Numbered from the stretch's first letter, positions 1 to 13,897 are shown. The stretch: DNA of 64,000 bases from Eledone cirrhosa (GCA_964016885.1 OZ024742.1:193750001-193814000), one strand, 5' to 3'. Notes: generated from the sequence alone by a model not told the origin. Numbers and translations are program-made.

Positions 1-48
<48 letters not shown>

Positions 49-64
49 CATATATATATGTGTG
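1..64. repeat. (TA)n/(TG)n microsatellite; one of dozens of (TA)n, (TG)n and (GA)n tracts across the window
   Basis: Direct reading; these tracts produce the [18 protein letters not shown] pseudo-ORFs. Confidence 0.95.
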
Positions 65-1149
65 TCCATAGAGAGAGGACAGAAAAGAATTTCTCCCAGC
101 TATAGTGGCCTTATTGATGTTGATAATTTATTGATACATCTTATCCATTACAATCTAACATATAATTATAGCAAAATCCAAAATAGACTCTCTTAACAGT
201 TAAATGTGAGTAAACTGTTATCGAAGATGCAGCTGTTCTGAAATTGTTTTACTGATAATATACAATAACAATAAACATTTGACATAGAATAGGCAAAAGG
301 TAAAAGTTTGCTTTGCTATCTTTAGATCTCGAGTTCGGACTTACAGTATGCCTTCCAGGGCAAATATCATTTATCTTAGCCTCCGGTAGATACCCGCGTA
401 ATTGCTGGATGGGAATTGTTTATAACCCCGTCAGATTGACGGTAATTGTAATTCAAGAGAGCGGACTAATTTCAAACTTTGATATACCTAATCTCCCTGA
501 GAATATACTTGCGGTTACACGTGTTTGTTGAATACCGGGTTACTGATAGATTCTTAGAGAAACAGAAGAATGAATTCCTATTGTCATTGCCTGCTTCTCT
601 ATCGCACTCCCCATCTCTCACTATCATATCCAAATGATGGGGGAGGAGGACATGTGTGGAGGCCCCGGCGGACAGAGTGGATCCAATTGCAGGCTATTTC
701 TCCGATCAAAAATCTGGAACACAATTCGTCGCATTCGACGTATTTCCATCAATCTATAACAACTGTCAAAATAAGTGGTATTTTATCAGAACATATTTAT
801 ATCAAGCAACATTAGAGAACCTAAGTATAGAATAAAGGAAATGTCACAATTAATACATAATATCCAGGAGGACTGACAAACAAAAAGCGGGGGAAGAACA
901 TTGGTTAAAAATGGATTTAGCACACCACGGTCGATATGCCTTCCCATATAGAACTACGTGCGACACTCGTTACATCAGTCATTCCTAATTTAGGTGAGAT
1001 GCTGTCTTCGCTATTTTGGGGCGGAAAATAGCAGTCCGCGAATTGACGAGAACAAATGTCTTGATCGAAAAAGGCATAAAAAGGCATAAAAAGGACCCGC
1101 TCAAACACAGCTCACTGTCTGTCGTATCTCTGCTTTACGGTTTATACCC

Positions 1150-1300
1150 GAGGAGTATGGCCGAGTGGTTACAGTGTTTTTCTTATGATCATACTATCCT
1201 GAGTTAGATTCTTGAACAGGGTCCTGCATTGTGTTTTTGTTCTTGAGTGAAACTATTAATTTCATGTTTCTCCAGTACACATATCTGAAAATGAGTACCA
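1150..1300 (+). mobile_element. Degenerate tRNA-derived SINE
   Basis: A-box-like TGGCCGAGTGG, a decayed B box, and a body (ttcttgagtgaaac...ctccagtacacatatctgaaaatgag) similar to the minus-strand SINE at 4915-5015. Confidence 0.55.
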
Positions 1301-1668
1301 ACAGTAAGTGGGGAGATAACACTGTAATACAATTGCAGCATTTCGTGTGTCATGTGTGTCTATATATACAGCTCGCTGAATAGGCGCGTGTGTTTTTTCC
1401 CATTTATACCTCCTTTTCTTCCCCGTTCCTTTCTCTTCTCCCTCTTGACACTTTAAGACAAACCTTTCCTGCCATTTCAAGTTTTAATATAATATATTTC
1501 TTCAATGTACTATTTTGATTGCTTTGTTATTTCAGATTACTTTTAACATACATACCTACTTACACACAAACATATTATATATATACATACACACACACAT
1601 ATATATAGATATATAAATATGCATGTGTGTGTGTGTAGTTATGAAATTAACAACATAAGACAATTATT

Positions 1669-1737
1669 CCATTTACCAAATATTTCACGAAGTCAGACGA
1701 GTTCGACACAGACGTCTGAAATCGCACATCAGAATAG
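1669..1737 (-). ncRNA. Type-I hammerhead ribozyme-like motif (A9 mutated)
   Basis: Minus strand: ctatt-CTGATGT-gcgatttcagacg..cgtctgacttcgt-GAAAT-atttg-GTA-aatgg; stems I and II pair. Confidence 0.6.
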
Positions 1738-1905
1738 ACCGGCCAGGTATCCCAGCCTGCTCTGTTCAAGATCTTGTCACCTGCAACGAATGCGGATTGA
1801 TGTGTAAATCAGGAGCTAGATTGAAGTATTATTTAAGGCATAAACATAGAATAATGTATTGAAAGGACTGTTGAAGCCCCATACGTCTAATAGAAGGGAG
1901 AGTCC

Positions 1906-1978
<73 letters not shown>

Positions 1979-2164
1979 CTAGTTTTACAGTTAATATGGG
2001 GGCCTATTTTACAGGTTATACATTTCTTATCTATACATGAGGGTCTTTGGAACGGGTATGTCTTGCTAATAAGTGTTTTTACGGAGGTACCAGGTCTTTC
2101 TACTATCTTAATATTGAGATTATGTTTATTTAGGGCCCTTCTATATATATATATTTATATATTC

Positions 2165-2572
2165 ATATTTCGTGTCTGAATTTGTTTAGCAAGATTCTTT
2201 ATCTGAAAACGTGTGTTGAAACCGATATTGTTATACTCTGGGAAGGTCATGTTGCCAATAAGAAACACACGCACCAGTGCTTTCACTACAATTTATTATG
2301 AATTAAATTTATAAATTTAAGAAATTTTTAAATTTCCGGTTGGTTGGTTGATTCTACAACCAGACGGTTGTCATATATTGTCAAAGTTCTTTCGTCACAC
2401 ATTCTGTGACCACTTCAGTGACTGGGGATTATTTTCTTTGTTTTGTGCCTCTCCTTTGTTCAACCAACAGGAAATTTACAAATTTCTTAAATTTATAAAT
2501 TCAATTTAAAGTGAAATCAGCTGGTGCGTGTGTTTCTTATTGGCAATATGACCCTCCCAAAGTATAACAACA
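2165..2572 (-). mobile_element. Solo PLE pseudo-LTR with a short inverted copy; HHR-like motif at 2380-2422
   Basis: Homologous to 16145-16450; 2470-2570 is an inverted copy of about 2225-2335; minus strand gtca-CTGAAGT-ggtcac..gtgac-GAAAG-aa-CTT-tgac. Confidence 0.7.
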
Positions 2573-2586
2573 TATATATATATATA

Positions 2587-2885
2587 TCATCATCATCATC
2601 ATTTTACGTCCGGTTTTCCCTGCTCGCAAGGGTGGGACGGGTCCTATTCAGCACAGCATCTCTCCACTTGTCAGTCATGATCCTTGATCATTTCCTCTGT
2701 GAGTTTCAGCGATCTGATGTCTGCTCTCACCACCTCCGCCCATGTTTTTGTGGTTTAGCTCTACTGCGTCTTCTTTCTACTGGGTTTTCTTGGCACTTTT
2801 TTACCCAGCGGTCATCCTCCATGCGCGTCACATGTCCATACCATCTCAGTCTTCTCTTCTGCACACCACAACTTATCCCTCTTAA
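2587..2885 (-). mobile_element. RTE-clade LINE 3' fragment with (GAT)n tail
   Basis: RRLRWYGHVTRMEDDRWVKKC motif typical of the RTE C-terminus; (CAT)n on the + strand at its 3' end. Confidence 0.85.
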
Positions 2886-2889
2886 TTCC

Positions 2890-4652
2890 ACCACTATCCT
2901 TTGGTACAACGCTCCCTTCTCACTTTCCGTTATTAATAATATCCATAAAATATTTCTTAGGGCATTACATAACAGCTTCCATCCTTCACATACATATAGC
3001 AATATTTTCAATAGGCATACTATTAAATTCTCGTATTCTACTACTTCTAAATTTCAAAAATTATCTGAAGACATAATTCTAAAATATTAAATAATAACTG
3101 ATATGCATCCAAACATGAGAGTCATAATAATAACAGTTTAAGGACCGACGTCAATGTAAACTCTAGTCAAAATAACACAAGTATTAATACGACGTTAAAC
3201 GTAACTTTGAGGAATGCCTCAAATAGTAATGTAAATCTATAAACCTTAGCACCACCTTTAGTTAATTCAACCACTCCTGATCCTAATATAATTAATCCTG
3301 GGCCACTTTCCAATAATTATGTAAATAATCTTAATCGTAAATGCAACTGCCCTGTTAGAACTAATTGTCCTCTTAGTAATTTCTGTCTCGATAAAAACCT
3401 AGTATACGAATGTAAAATGGTAACGTGTATCAATTCCTATAACTAAATTGGCTCTACTTCTACCTTCTTTAAAGCAATATTCTATAATCACTCTTCTACA
3501 TTTAAATCTCCACTTAAATGGACCAGCACCGCACTCTCAGAACTTATTTGGTCCTTAAAAGACAAAAACATAAATTACGAAATTTCTAGGCGTAAATTCA
3601 ACAACGCTTCTTCATACGCCAATGCTTCCATATCTAGTCTTTGTAATTTATGTCTAGTTGAAAAAATTACCATTATCTCGAATTTCAACACAATAATAAA
3701 TCGATGAACCGATTTATTTGGACTTTGTAATCATAAATCTTACAAGACCTTTCACAAAGTATATAGCTGATGTCCTATAACATATTCCACGAGTCACTAT
3801 TATCTTTACACATCTTTCATTATATTCTACAATGTATTATTTTGGTTTTCTCACTATATATTAAGCCTTTGATGTTCGTTTCGATCAAACCTTCGTAGAT
3901 TTTTTAAACAAATAGATTTTCTCTACGTTTTTTCTACGTTTATAAATCCTTCTAGCAATTTCCTTTATTTACTTGTTGATATAAAATAAAAATTAAATAG
4001 TATACCCCACATATATATTTTTACTAGAAATTATTATATTTGACATATTTTATAAAATTCTTTTTATATTTTATTTTATTAATACATTTTTACACTTCTT
4101 AAACCAATTTTTAGTATTTAAACCCAATATAAAATACTATACCCAGTTTTTATTTTTATACCTCTAATATTTGAACACCTTCTATAATAGTCGCACATAC
4201 ACCTCATCAATTTATTTTTTAACCGTTATTTACAGCTGTTTTCAATTTGACAGCGTTCCTGATCAAAAGTCGCTCTCTCTCTCTCTCTCTCTCTCTTCTT
4301 CTTCTTCTTCTTCTTCTTCTTCCTTCTCTTTCTTTTTCCTTTTTTCTCTTCTTCTTTCCTTTTCTTCTATTATCCTCTCTATTTCTTACTATAATATTAA
4401 CACATATATTTATGTCATATGTAGACTTAGCATTTTCCTATAAACAAGTGCCTCATATCATTATACCTTATTTTTTATCTGAAGAGAACACAACATCTAT
4501 GATTTTGTATCCGAAATACGTATAATAAAATATATGGAACTCTTATAATCATCTTTATTTCATCTTTATTATATATACTCCAGTTCTACCAACTGTTGAG
4601 TGCTACCTATCTGATATATGCATAGTTTTATTGTTCTACAATATTACTCACC

Positions 4653-4660
<8 letters not shown>
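2890..4660 (+). mobile_element. 5'-truncated Penelope-like element (Naiad-like): linker plus GIY-YIG endonuclease, pseudogenized; 3' HHR
   Basis: WYNAPFSLSV..IFNRHTIKFSYST; CNCPVRTNCPLSNFCLDKNLVYEC..IGSTST..CNLCLVEK ending near 3770; HHR at 4472-4530. Confidence 0.85.
4472..4530 (+). ncRNA. Type-I hammerhead ribozyme
   Basis: ttttat-CTGAAGA-gaacacaa..ttgtatcc-GAAA-tacgta-TA-ataaaa; palindromic stem III; lies downstream of the PLE ORF. Confidence 0.75.
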
Positions 4661-4707
<47 letters not shown>

Positions 4708-4712
<5 letters not shown>

Positions 4713-5015
4713 TCATCATCATCATCATTTCATTTTACGTCCGCTTTTCCCTGCTTGCAAGGGTGGGACGGGAACTGATGCTGGCTTGATTTCTACAGCT
4801 GGATGCCCTTCCTAACACCGACCTCATTTACAGTGAGTGCTGGGTGCTTTTTTGCCGTGGCACCTCCACGACCACTTTGCAGTGGAATGATATGGATCCC
4901 AATCCCTATCATCTCATTTCTACAGCTGAGTAAACTGGAGCAATGTGAAATAAAGTGTCTTGCTCAAGGAAACAACACATCACCCGGTCTGAGGATTGAA
5001 CTCACAACCTTTCGA
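4708..5015 (-). mobile_element. SINE with tRNA-like B box and RTE-type 3' tail
   Basis: B box GAGTTCAATCC on the minus strand; its 3' ~50 nt nearly match the RTE end at 2587-2641, including the (CAT)n tail. Confidence 0.75.
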
Positions 5016-5719
5016 TATGAAAGAATTTCCCTTCTTTCCTTCATAAAATAATATACATGAAAACATCAATTTTACATTCAGTGAAGCTGTGCCATCAGTA
5101 ATTTTATTCCTATAAGCTATCGTATATTTCTCATACTTTTATTACGCAGCCCTTTTAAATTTCATTCTTATATGAATTTATAATAATATGAAATATGAGA
5201 TGTATCAGAAGTATTTTATTTTATAAAAATATATTAATATTTGCGCATTGAATATAAATTTACAACGGTGGTTATATTTTTTATCGTTCATTGTAAAGTA
5301 TATTAACATTTTCATATTTATCAGATGTAGTATGATGTTGATATAGTGAATACTCGTGTATTCACTTTCTATACGAGTGTGGGAATTTACAAAGCTTCAA
5401 CTACTCGATAACTTGTTTCCTTTCAGTTTATATAAGTTTTGTTTATATTACCGAACAGTAAATTTTCAAGAGTTCATATATATATATATAAAACACGCAA
5501 TCATTACTGATACATAAATAATATAAGAATCGTTTGCGATACACACACAGACACACAGATAAGAAAGAGGCCAACACTAATACTGTCACAGACAATCATA
5601 AACACATACAGATGCACGAATGCACGCACACCTTTCTTTAGCGAGATTGGTAGGTACGTAGATAGATTATACGCACATGCACCTCTCTCTTTCTATATAT
5701 ATCTATTTATGTTTATCTG

Positions 5720-5843
<124 letters not shown>

Positions 5844-5844
5844 A

Positions 5845-8800
5845 AATATGCCGCCAGGGCGTAAAGAGTGGGACATGTACAATAGGGGGAGTTTACATAA
5901 AAAAGACGTCCACAATAAGGAGGAGGCAATAACAAAATATAAAAGTATAAAATATAAAATATGACAAAAATAAATTGAATAACAAAATCCTCAATAGAGA
6001 GGGTGCTCCCTTGATCTTTCATCTTTCTCACCTACAGTCTGATGTACAGTGAAGGCCCATTCACACGGGCCACTCTCGCCCCTTTCACCCATCTTTCAAA
6101 AAAACGGCTGGGGTGCAGCACCTCTCTCTCCATCCTCATCCTTCTTCCGAAATGATATCGGAAGAAACGGACCAGTTGTTGGCCAAAGAGAAAGGTGTCT
6201 GACCTCAGTCCTTTCAGACGCGTCCACCATACAACATCTTTCACCATGGCTATTACGCACAGAAACACCGCCTCTCCTTAGTTTTTGAAGAGGGGAGGCG
6301 GCTTGATCGTTATAATAGACACGGTGGTCAACCGGATCGGTCCCACCCTTGACAGCAATTGTTCGACATAGCCCCACAGATGCGCAATGCCCGAGCAGTG
6401 TACCAATGCGTGTGCAACGGTTTCCTCGTCGCACACGCATCTGGGACAGATCTTTTTCGAGGGGTCCCTACCCGGGCGCCCGTGTCTGTAGAGCCTTTCT
6501 CGAACGGGCAGAGCCCCTCGGTTGCACAGCCAGGCCAGGGACCTCTGGAAGTTATCCATAGGTCCCAGGCTGAATGTCCTACCGAACAGGTTGGCCAGTT
6601 CGTTTTCCTCCATGCCTAGGGCTTCTCCGAGAGCGTCGTCACACCTGCTAACCACCAGCCCTCTATTGAATGACGAGATGGATTCACCACTGACAGTCGG
6701 GTCCGCCTACCAGAGAAGCGTGAGGGCTTGGGCACACTCGGTGTGCCAGGCGCCCAGTTTCCTCGGTCTTTCCTTGATCCAGGATTGCAGCTCGGTGAGC
6801 GAGACGAATCTGGGAAAGGCTCGCCTCACAAACGGGGCCCACACCGGTTGACCGGTGAGGAATACCTGGAGGTGCCGTAGCCTTAATGCGTGTTTCCGCA
6901 TCATCAGCCACGGTAGCCCCAGCCCTCCTTTCGAAGGGTATTGACAGCAGATGGATCTCCTCACCATAGGAGCCCGCTTCTTCCAAAGGAATTGTAAGAG
7001 AGCGCGCTCCATTTTGGCGAGCGTTTCCCTTGTGCAAGGCACGACGGTCAGGCGATAGTAGATGACGGACGCTATATAAGTGTTCGCCACCTCCGCCCGA
7101 CGTTTCAGAGACAGTTTGCAATCGGCCCACTTCTGAGTCAGTGCAAACACACTGTTCGTTACCTCACCCCAGTTCTTCTCCTCCTGGAGGTCTGGTCCGA
7201 ACCAGACCCCGGGCCACTTCACCGGAAGACGACGCCATCAGAGGGCATCGGTTTGCCCGTCCACGTGCCCAGTTGCAGACCAATCGACTTGTCCCGGTTC
7301 AGCTTAGCCCCTGTTAACATTTCGTACTCCTCCAGTAAGGTGCAGATCGCTCCGACTTCCGAGGTCGTCGACACCATTACTGTTACGGTATCGGCGTAGG
7401 CCGACACCGCTTTCCGCAATCCAGGTTCCAAAGAGATGCCCTGCAACAACTCCAACTTCCGCAGCAGTGGCTCTAGAGTCATTACATTCAGAAGGGAGGA
7501 GAGAGGGCACCCTTGTCGGATGCACCGCGTGATTTCGAACGGCTCCGAGAGGTAGCCGTTCACCTTGACCCTAGCGCAGATGTGGCTGCTGTGCATGGCA
7601 GTAATCCAGCCCCTCAAAACGGGTCCGAAGCCTACCGCCGCTAGCACCGCATCCTGGTAACCATGGTCGACCCTATCGAACGCCTTAGATTGATCCAAGT
7701 TGACCAAGGCCCCACTAAAGCCGGGTTCGTTCCCAACCCTCTCGATGATGTATCGCATGAGGTGGAGGTTGTCGTGGATGGACCTGGACAGGACAGCAAA
7801 TGTCTGCCCATCTCCCACCAGGTTGCCCACGACAAGCGTCCAGCTCTTTGCTAGCACCTTGGCCAAAATCTGTAACTCTGTATTTAGCAGAGTTATGGGC
7901 CTGACAATATTTATATCGTCCCCATGGTTCGCGTCCTTCCTCACTAGCGTGACTACGCTCTTGGTCACAGCACAGGGAATTCTCCCGTTCTGTTGCCAGT
8001 TGCAGTAGACCGCCTCGAGGAGATCGGGGAACAAGGCCGGTATAGCTAGATATAGTTCGTATGGAAGACCATCGAGACCCACGGATTTGTGCTTGCCGCA
8101 TTTGCTCTGCACGTCCTCTATCTCAGCGGCTGAAATCGGCTCCTCGCAAGTCTTCACCTCCTTGTCCGTGAGACGCGGCAGGCCGTCGAGGTATGGACCG
8201 AAGTCCACACCCCAACCGGCTCCCGGCCCCTTCCGAACAATCTGGCAAAGTGCTTTTGAAAAGCCTCGAACATCTGCTTAGGTTCAAGGATCACCTGTCC
8301 ATGATGGTCTCGCATAGACCGGATAGTGGTCTAATCCCGCTTTTGGCTTCTGTCACGAGGGCCTAGCTGACAGCTTTGGTTCCTTCGTTTCCCAGAGCAC
8401 GTATTTTGCTTCGGACGATGCAGCCTTCGTGTTTCGCGTAGAAGAACTGGCCCAGGTCCGTTCTCGACACTAGCACTCTGGCCACGTCGCCGCTTCTGAT
8501 TGCCTCTTCTACACTATCTACCAACTCCCTTTCCTTCATATTTCTATTTGAGGCGAACTCCTTACTAAATTCTATAGAGGCTATTCTAATCTCTCTTTTG
8601 AGAGATCCCCAGCACCTGCTATTGACGATGGCGCCCGTCAACCGCTCCTTAACTAAAGTGCTAATCCGGTCCCTGCAAGCTTTACTTGCCGGTAAGGACA
8701 ATTTGAGCTTCCAGTAACCGGGTCCCTGTCTCTGCGTTCTGTCAAGGTTGACCATGCAGGTCACTAACTTGTGGTCTGAATAGCCAGCCATGAGCATTTT

Positions 8801-10150
8801 TGGACAACTTAAAAAAGTCCTTATCCTTATTTCTAACTAAGAACCTATCTAGGTACGACCTAGATGATCCGCGGGGGTTTGCCCAAGTCCAGGTTGACGC
8901 AGTCGGAAAATCTAGTCGATATCTATCGGCCAGGTCAAATCGGCCGATTAACCCTTTGAGGCTGTTACACCCCTCTCTATCGGGACAGGCCCCTACGTAG
9001 TTCCAACGTGCATATAGGATACCATTCCGGTCCCCCACTAATAGCAAGGAGCAGGACGTCCGTAGAAAAGTCTCCAGACGATGGAAGAATTCCGGCCGCG
9101 TTGACCCGAAAGGGCCGTAGACGGCTACCAGCCTAAACGCTCCGCCAAGGTCGAGAACCACTAGTCGACACTACGGGTCCAAATGTACCGTCTGTGTTGC
9201 GAGACTCAGATGTTTTTGCAGCAGACGGACAACCTCACCCCCACCTCCGGGCTGACAGAGAGATGCGTGCATCTCAAAGTCATCAAAGGTGGGGGCCAGC
9301 TGTCGCACGTTGCTGATCCGAGCCTGGCAAATAACCATCACATCTATACGTTGTGACCTTAGGTCATTTAGAAGCATTGCTTGCTTCCAAGTTGAGCACA
9401 GGCCACGCGCATTTAGACAACCAACTCTCAGCATAGCCATGTTGGTGGTGAAGAGAAAAGGCACTTACCTCTCTGCGTCCCGGGTATCGGGCTGCACAAT
9501 TTCCATGAGGGTGGGGGATGGGTTGTTGGGTGGGGTGGTGGTTTGTGGAAGTGTAGGAGCATCAGTGTGTTGTGCGGTTGGGGTGTTTGGAGTTGTGTGA
9601 GTGTTTGGGGAGGGGGAGGGGAAATGTTTTAGTAGGACGCGGTTAATGGGCCCGATGCAGAGGGCCCACGCCCTCTTTAAAGTTGTTTTTTAGCGTTTTA
9701 TATGTGTCCTCTGGGGCCTTAATCATTTTGAGGTGGGGGAAATCCGCTGCCTAGGTGAGGTTAGGCCCTTGGGTTTTCACTAAATTGTTGTAGTATACAA
9801 TGTTTAGCATTTTTTTTTATTTCTTGTGTTTATGTATGTGTATGCATGTTTTTGTTTTTGTGTGTTGTTTTTTGTTTGCTGTTGTTGTGTGCTTTTTTGT
9901 ATTGGTGTCTGTGTTATATTTTGGGGACGGTTTGTTTTCATTTGTCTGTCTGAGGTGTATTTTCATTTTTTTCTTTTGATTGTGTGGAAGTGCTCCTCCT
10001 CGTCTGACGACGAACGAGAGTCATCTTCCGTGTTGGCGCGGAGGGGTAGATTTTCGGGTTGTGTTTGCGGTGCGGGTATTTTGGAAATGTTTTATTTAGT
10101 GTGGGGGGTGGGGGTATGGGTTGGACAGTGTTTTGTTTTGGTTTGAGCTG
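5845..10150 (-). mobile_element. Tx1/L1-clade LINE copy A (ORF1 tail plus frameshifted APE-RT-zf ORF2)
   Basis: CLNARGL, VAVYGP, SYLDRF, SDHK (APE); DQSKAFDRVDH, RQGCPLS, YADT (RT); CPRC..ETVAHALVHC; split over several ORFs. Confidence 0.93.
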
Positions 10151-10164
10151 GTTTGAGAGAGAGA

Positions 10165-10560
10165 TTAATAGATAGATATGTTTCTTTATTAGCCACAGGG
10201 GCACAAAAGAAGGGGACAAATACAAAGGGGGAAGTTTACATACAATAAAAACGTGTAAAATATTATCACAAATGCAATTTAAAAATTAGTCGATTTTCCC
10301 CAATAGGGGGAGACATTACATATGGGTAACACATACCCCCGAAAAAAAATGTGCAACCCTCATCTCCAGGAGTATGAAGAATTTGTACTCCTTTCCTCCC
10401 CTCCTCTTTTTTCTAAACCTACAGGCTGATATAGAGAGAAGGCCCATTCACTCGGGCCATTCTCGCCACTTTCACCCACCTTTCATAAAACTTGCTGGGG
10501 TACAGCACCTTTCTCTCCATCCTGATTCTTCTTCCAAAGTGGTATTTAAAAAAAAATTCA
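10165..10560 (-). mobile_element. Short 3' fragment of a related Tx1 LINE
   Basis: FFKYHFGRRIRMERKVLYPSKFYERWVKVARMARVNGPSL matches the end of copy A; AATAAA signal, then (TC)n. Confidence 0.85.
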
Positions 10561-10876
10561 GTTGTTGGATAAATAGATAGATAAATACATACATAGATAG
10601 ATCGATAGCTGTATTCACACACGTTGATATAGTAAGACAGAACAAACATTGGATTTTTTAAATATAAGTACATAAATATGTATGATGAGAAATGGATCCT
10701 GGAAGATTGTACTGCATTACGGAACTTGAAGTATATTGACGCCGGAGGTCTTCAAAGCTTATTTATACATGGAATCTGATATTTTCCTCAAGTGTTATGG
10801 AAGTTGATTAAAATTTAATTTTAACTTGAACGAATTATTAGTTATTAATAACACCCCATCCTGAAATAATAACTGT

Positions 10877-11057
10877 TTCTACTTTTGGCACAGGGCCAGC
10901 AATTATCCCAGTACATTACTGGTACTTTATTTTATCGACCTCGTATGGATGAAAGGCAAAGTTAACCGCGACCTGATTTGAACTCAGACCGTATAGGGAC
11001 GTAACTATGCTAGAAAGCATGGCGTCCGACCCCCTACCGATACTGCCAATTCGCCGC
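10877..11057 (-). mobile_element. Full-length tRNA-derived SINE with ~21 bp TSD
   Basis: Starts GGCGGCGAATTGGCAG; B box GAGTTCAAATC; 3' gtgccaaaagtagaaac; flanked by direct repeat ccatcctgaaataataactgt. Confidence 0.88.
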
Positions 11058-11499
11058 CCATCCTGAAATAATAACTGTATCATATTAGACGTATCACTTA
11101 CACATACGAGGTTATTCTAGACATTACACTAGCGATGTTATATCGCACATTCTCATACTGAAACTAGCGATATTAATTAATATACACCCCGAAGCCATAT
11201 ATACACACAATTGACCATGTAACATGCCATTAAATATGGAATCAAACCAAACTTAAACATAAACACTCTTAATTATTCTAGTCATAATCTAGCGGAAGTA
11301 TAATGCACATAACCATTTTCTCATTCACTCTATAACCAAAATTCCTGTTTGTATCAATTCATATTTTATATTTTCTCTTCTTTTCCTAAAATCTTTTATT
11401 TAACACGAGATGTGTTATAAAAGAAAGAAAACTGGGATCGCAAAAAAACATATTTCAAATCTAAAGAACAAACTACGGGATTTCCCCTTCGAAATAATA

Positions 11500-11830
11500 C
11501 AATCGCGAATACACGTGCCGAAATAGTAATCCTCAGAAAGGTCTTTGGGGTAACGTCCGGGTAGAGAGGTAACTTCTCCGAATTGAGAGATCACAGCTCA
11601 GATACTATAGGCAGGTGGTTAGAATGTCTCTGGAAAGATTGGCTGGACAGATTTTAAGGGCGAAACCATTAGGTAGGAGACCCAGAGTAGACCCCGAGCA
11701 ATATCTTTGAATAACATACATGAACTTGGCTGATGACGCTTGGGGATCCAACCGGATAAGTTGCAGACGGCTGCTTCTGACAGGACCCGCCAGAAGGAGT
11801 GTTTGAGAATTATGATTCTGCTGTTTGAGG
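11500..11830 (+). mobile_element. Decayed RTE-clade 3' fragment
   Basis: Translation LLRIERSQLRYYRQVVRMSLERLAGQILRAKPLGRRPR. Confidence 0.65.
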
Positions 11831-11939
11831 ATTCAGATTCCTACACACTCAAATTATATTCATTCTCTTATTTTGTCTTATTCCTTTGTATTGAAGTTTA
11901 CCGTTTCTACAGATTAAAGATAACTGTATCGGATAAAAT

Positions 11940-12265
11940 CTCTCTTCCCAACCTTGTGCAGTTTGCGACTAATCCAGGTTCTGCTGCACTTTGGGCTCAG
12001 GAGGCCAAACTCTCCAAATACCGGTCGGTCTCCGACAAGTTTACGGTCGTACATATGGCAGTGGAGACTTCTGGTGTCCTCGACCCTAGGGCTAGCTCCC
12101 TACTCACCACCATAGGCGCTGAGCTGGCCAGGCGCAGGTGTGAGCCTTGCGAGTTGGAATGGCTCCTCCAGTGCGTCTCCTCTGCCGTCCACCGAGGAAA
12201 CGCCTTCTCGATTCTGTACGGCGGGGCTGCGGGGAGGCCATCAATATGATTGACTGACTGGTCAT
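11940..12265 (+). mobile_element. CRE-clade non-LTR retrotransposon C-terminal restriction-like endonuclease fragment
   Basis: AALWAQEAKLSKY..MAVETSG..LLQCVSSAVHRGNAFSIL matches the CRE-type RLE C-terminus. Confidence 0.75.
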
Positions 12266-12289
12266 TTTATCATGTACTTTTTATATATC

Positions 12290-12772
12290 TATATCTGCCC
12301 AACACCATATGATGAAACCAGCAAGCCAGCTACATCAGGCCAACATCTATGACATGCGTGCACGCCTAATTGGCTTGACATGCTCAGGTCAGTCTTCCTA
12401 ACGTTCCCCCAAGTATTTCGGACTGTGTAGGCCCCCACCGACATGAAGCTGTTTAACTATGTACACGACATCCCAGATCAGTGACCACCCCCGTGACAGA
12501 CAAGAAAAACAACAAACTTTTAGGATATTTTGCTTTAATTTTTTGCCTTTTTTGCTTTAACTGCATGCCAACATATGGACTGCACCCCTTCATAAGTTCA
12601 GCTCGATTCCCGCCGTTCTAATACTGGTGGGCTAGTTCGAATCTATCCGTCGAAACGACCGGAGCTCAGCCATCGAGGTCCTGACACTTTTCCTATTACC
12701 GACTCTACTACCCCAAGCAATAAGTACTCTGGTGCATTATGGACCACCCCGTATCTTACCACATCCCCTTTG
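12290..12772 (+). mobile_element. Non-coding pLTR-like element with degenerate HHR (12585-12678); family also at 13635-13710, 14788-14968, 45130-45188, 48300-48925
   Basis: Shared ggtaaggaaccaggtggaccataacgcacc and GAAACGGC..GAGCTCAGCCGTCGGGG motifs. Confidence 0.75.
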
Positions 12773-12814
<42 letters not shown>

Positions 12815-12815
<1 letters not shown>

Positions 12816-13270
12816 CAAGGTTTAGCAAATAAGGAAAAAGTTTCAAAATAAATTTTAAACAATTAACATTATTTACTATAGTTACCTTTACCGAATCGGT
12901 TTCGAATCTCAAAAATAAATGGAATCCATACGACCTTCGTTGCAAAGAAAGATTCTCGTCAGAAGGTTCTTTACATTCGAAGAATATAAAATTCTCGAAC
13001 TTAAATTACGAACTGGCGCTATTCAAAATTGTTCCCGAGATGAGAGTAAATGAAGTGGAATCAATTTTTTCAAGGGCCGAGTGTAAAGATAGAGGCAGAG
13101 GCAAGGAAGTCAGTCGGCTACCGCTATAACTAGTAGCAGTCAGTACGACCAAATTTTTTCTCAACATAGAGGAGTTAGTAATAATAGAATATGTGTTCCT
13201 ACACGCACAAGGCGCTAAGGGACACATGTATTGCCCAACCAAATGCCAATGTGGTTCAATGGCAGGTTAA
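12815..13270 (-). mobile_element. Probable PLE 3' remnant (decayed GIY-YIG tail plus HHR)
   Basis: Weak similarity to a GIY-YIG C-terminus, directly followed by a canonical HHR. Confidence 0.5.
12884..12967 (-). ncRNA. Canonical type-I hammerhead ribozyme with long stem II
   Basis: acctt-CTGACGA-gaatct..agattc-GAAAC-cgattcg-GTA-aaggt; all three stems pair. Confidence 0.88.
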
Positions 13271-13550
13271 TAAATTAACGAGCCAATTCTATATTTATAT
13301 ATATATACGAAAAGTAAATAACAACAATAACGAGTACAGTTACGAAAGTGGTTAGGTATTAGGTTGACGCTCGAGATTGGGGGTCGAAGAGGACGTTTGG
13401 GGCATAAGCCCTTCACTGGGAGTATAGTGGGAAGGAGAGGAGTTCCGAGAGTGTGCGAGGGGTCAGTGGTGGAAAAAACATTAAAATGACAGGAAAAAAT
13501 TAAAACGAAGGGAAAAAATAAAAATAAAAAGAACACATTAGTCGGACAAT

Positions 13551-13633
<83 letters not shown>

Positions 13634-13707
13634 CGAAGGAAATGTGGTAAGGAACCAGGTGGACAATAACGCACCAAAGTACTCAATGCTTAGAGTAGTA
13701 GAATGGG

Positions 13708-13790
<83 letters not shown>

Positions 13791-13849
13791 CATATATTTA
13801 TATACATATATATATACATATATATATATATACATATATAGACAGATAT

Positions 13850-13897
<48 letters not shown>

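Noticed and set aside
480-570. Hairpin followed by GAAAC, plus CACGTG motifs shared by several repeats
   Set aside because: No convincing ribozyme core; recurrence of a 6-mer is not significant by eye
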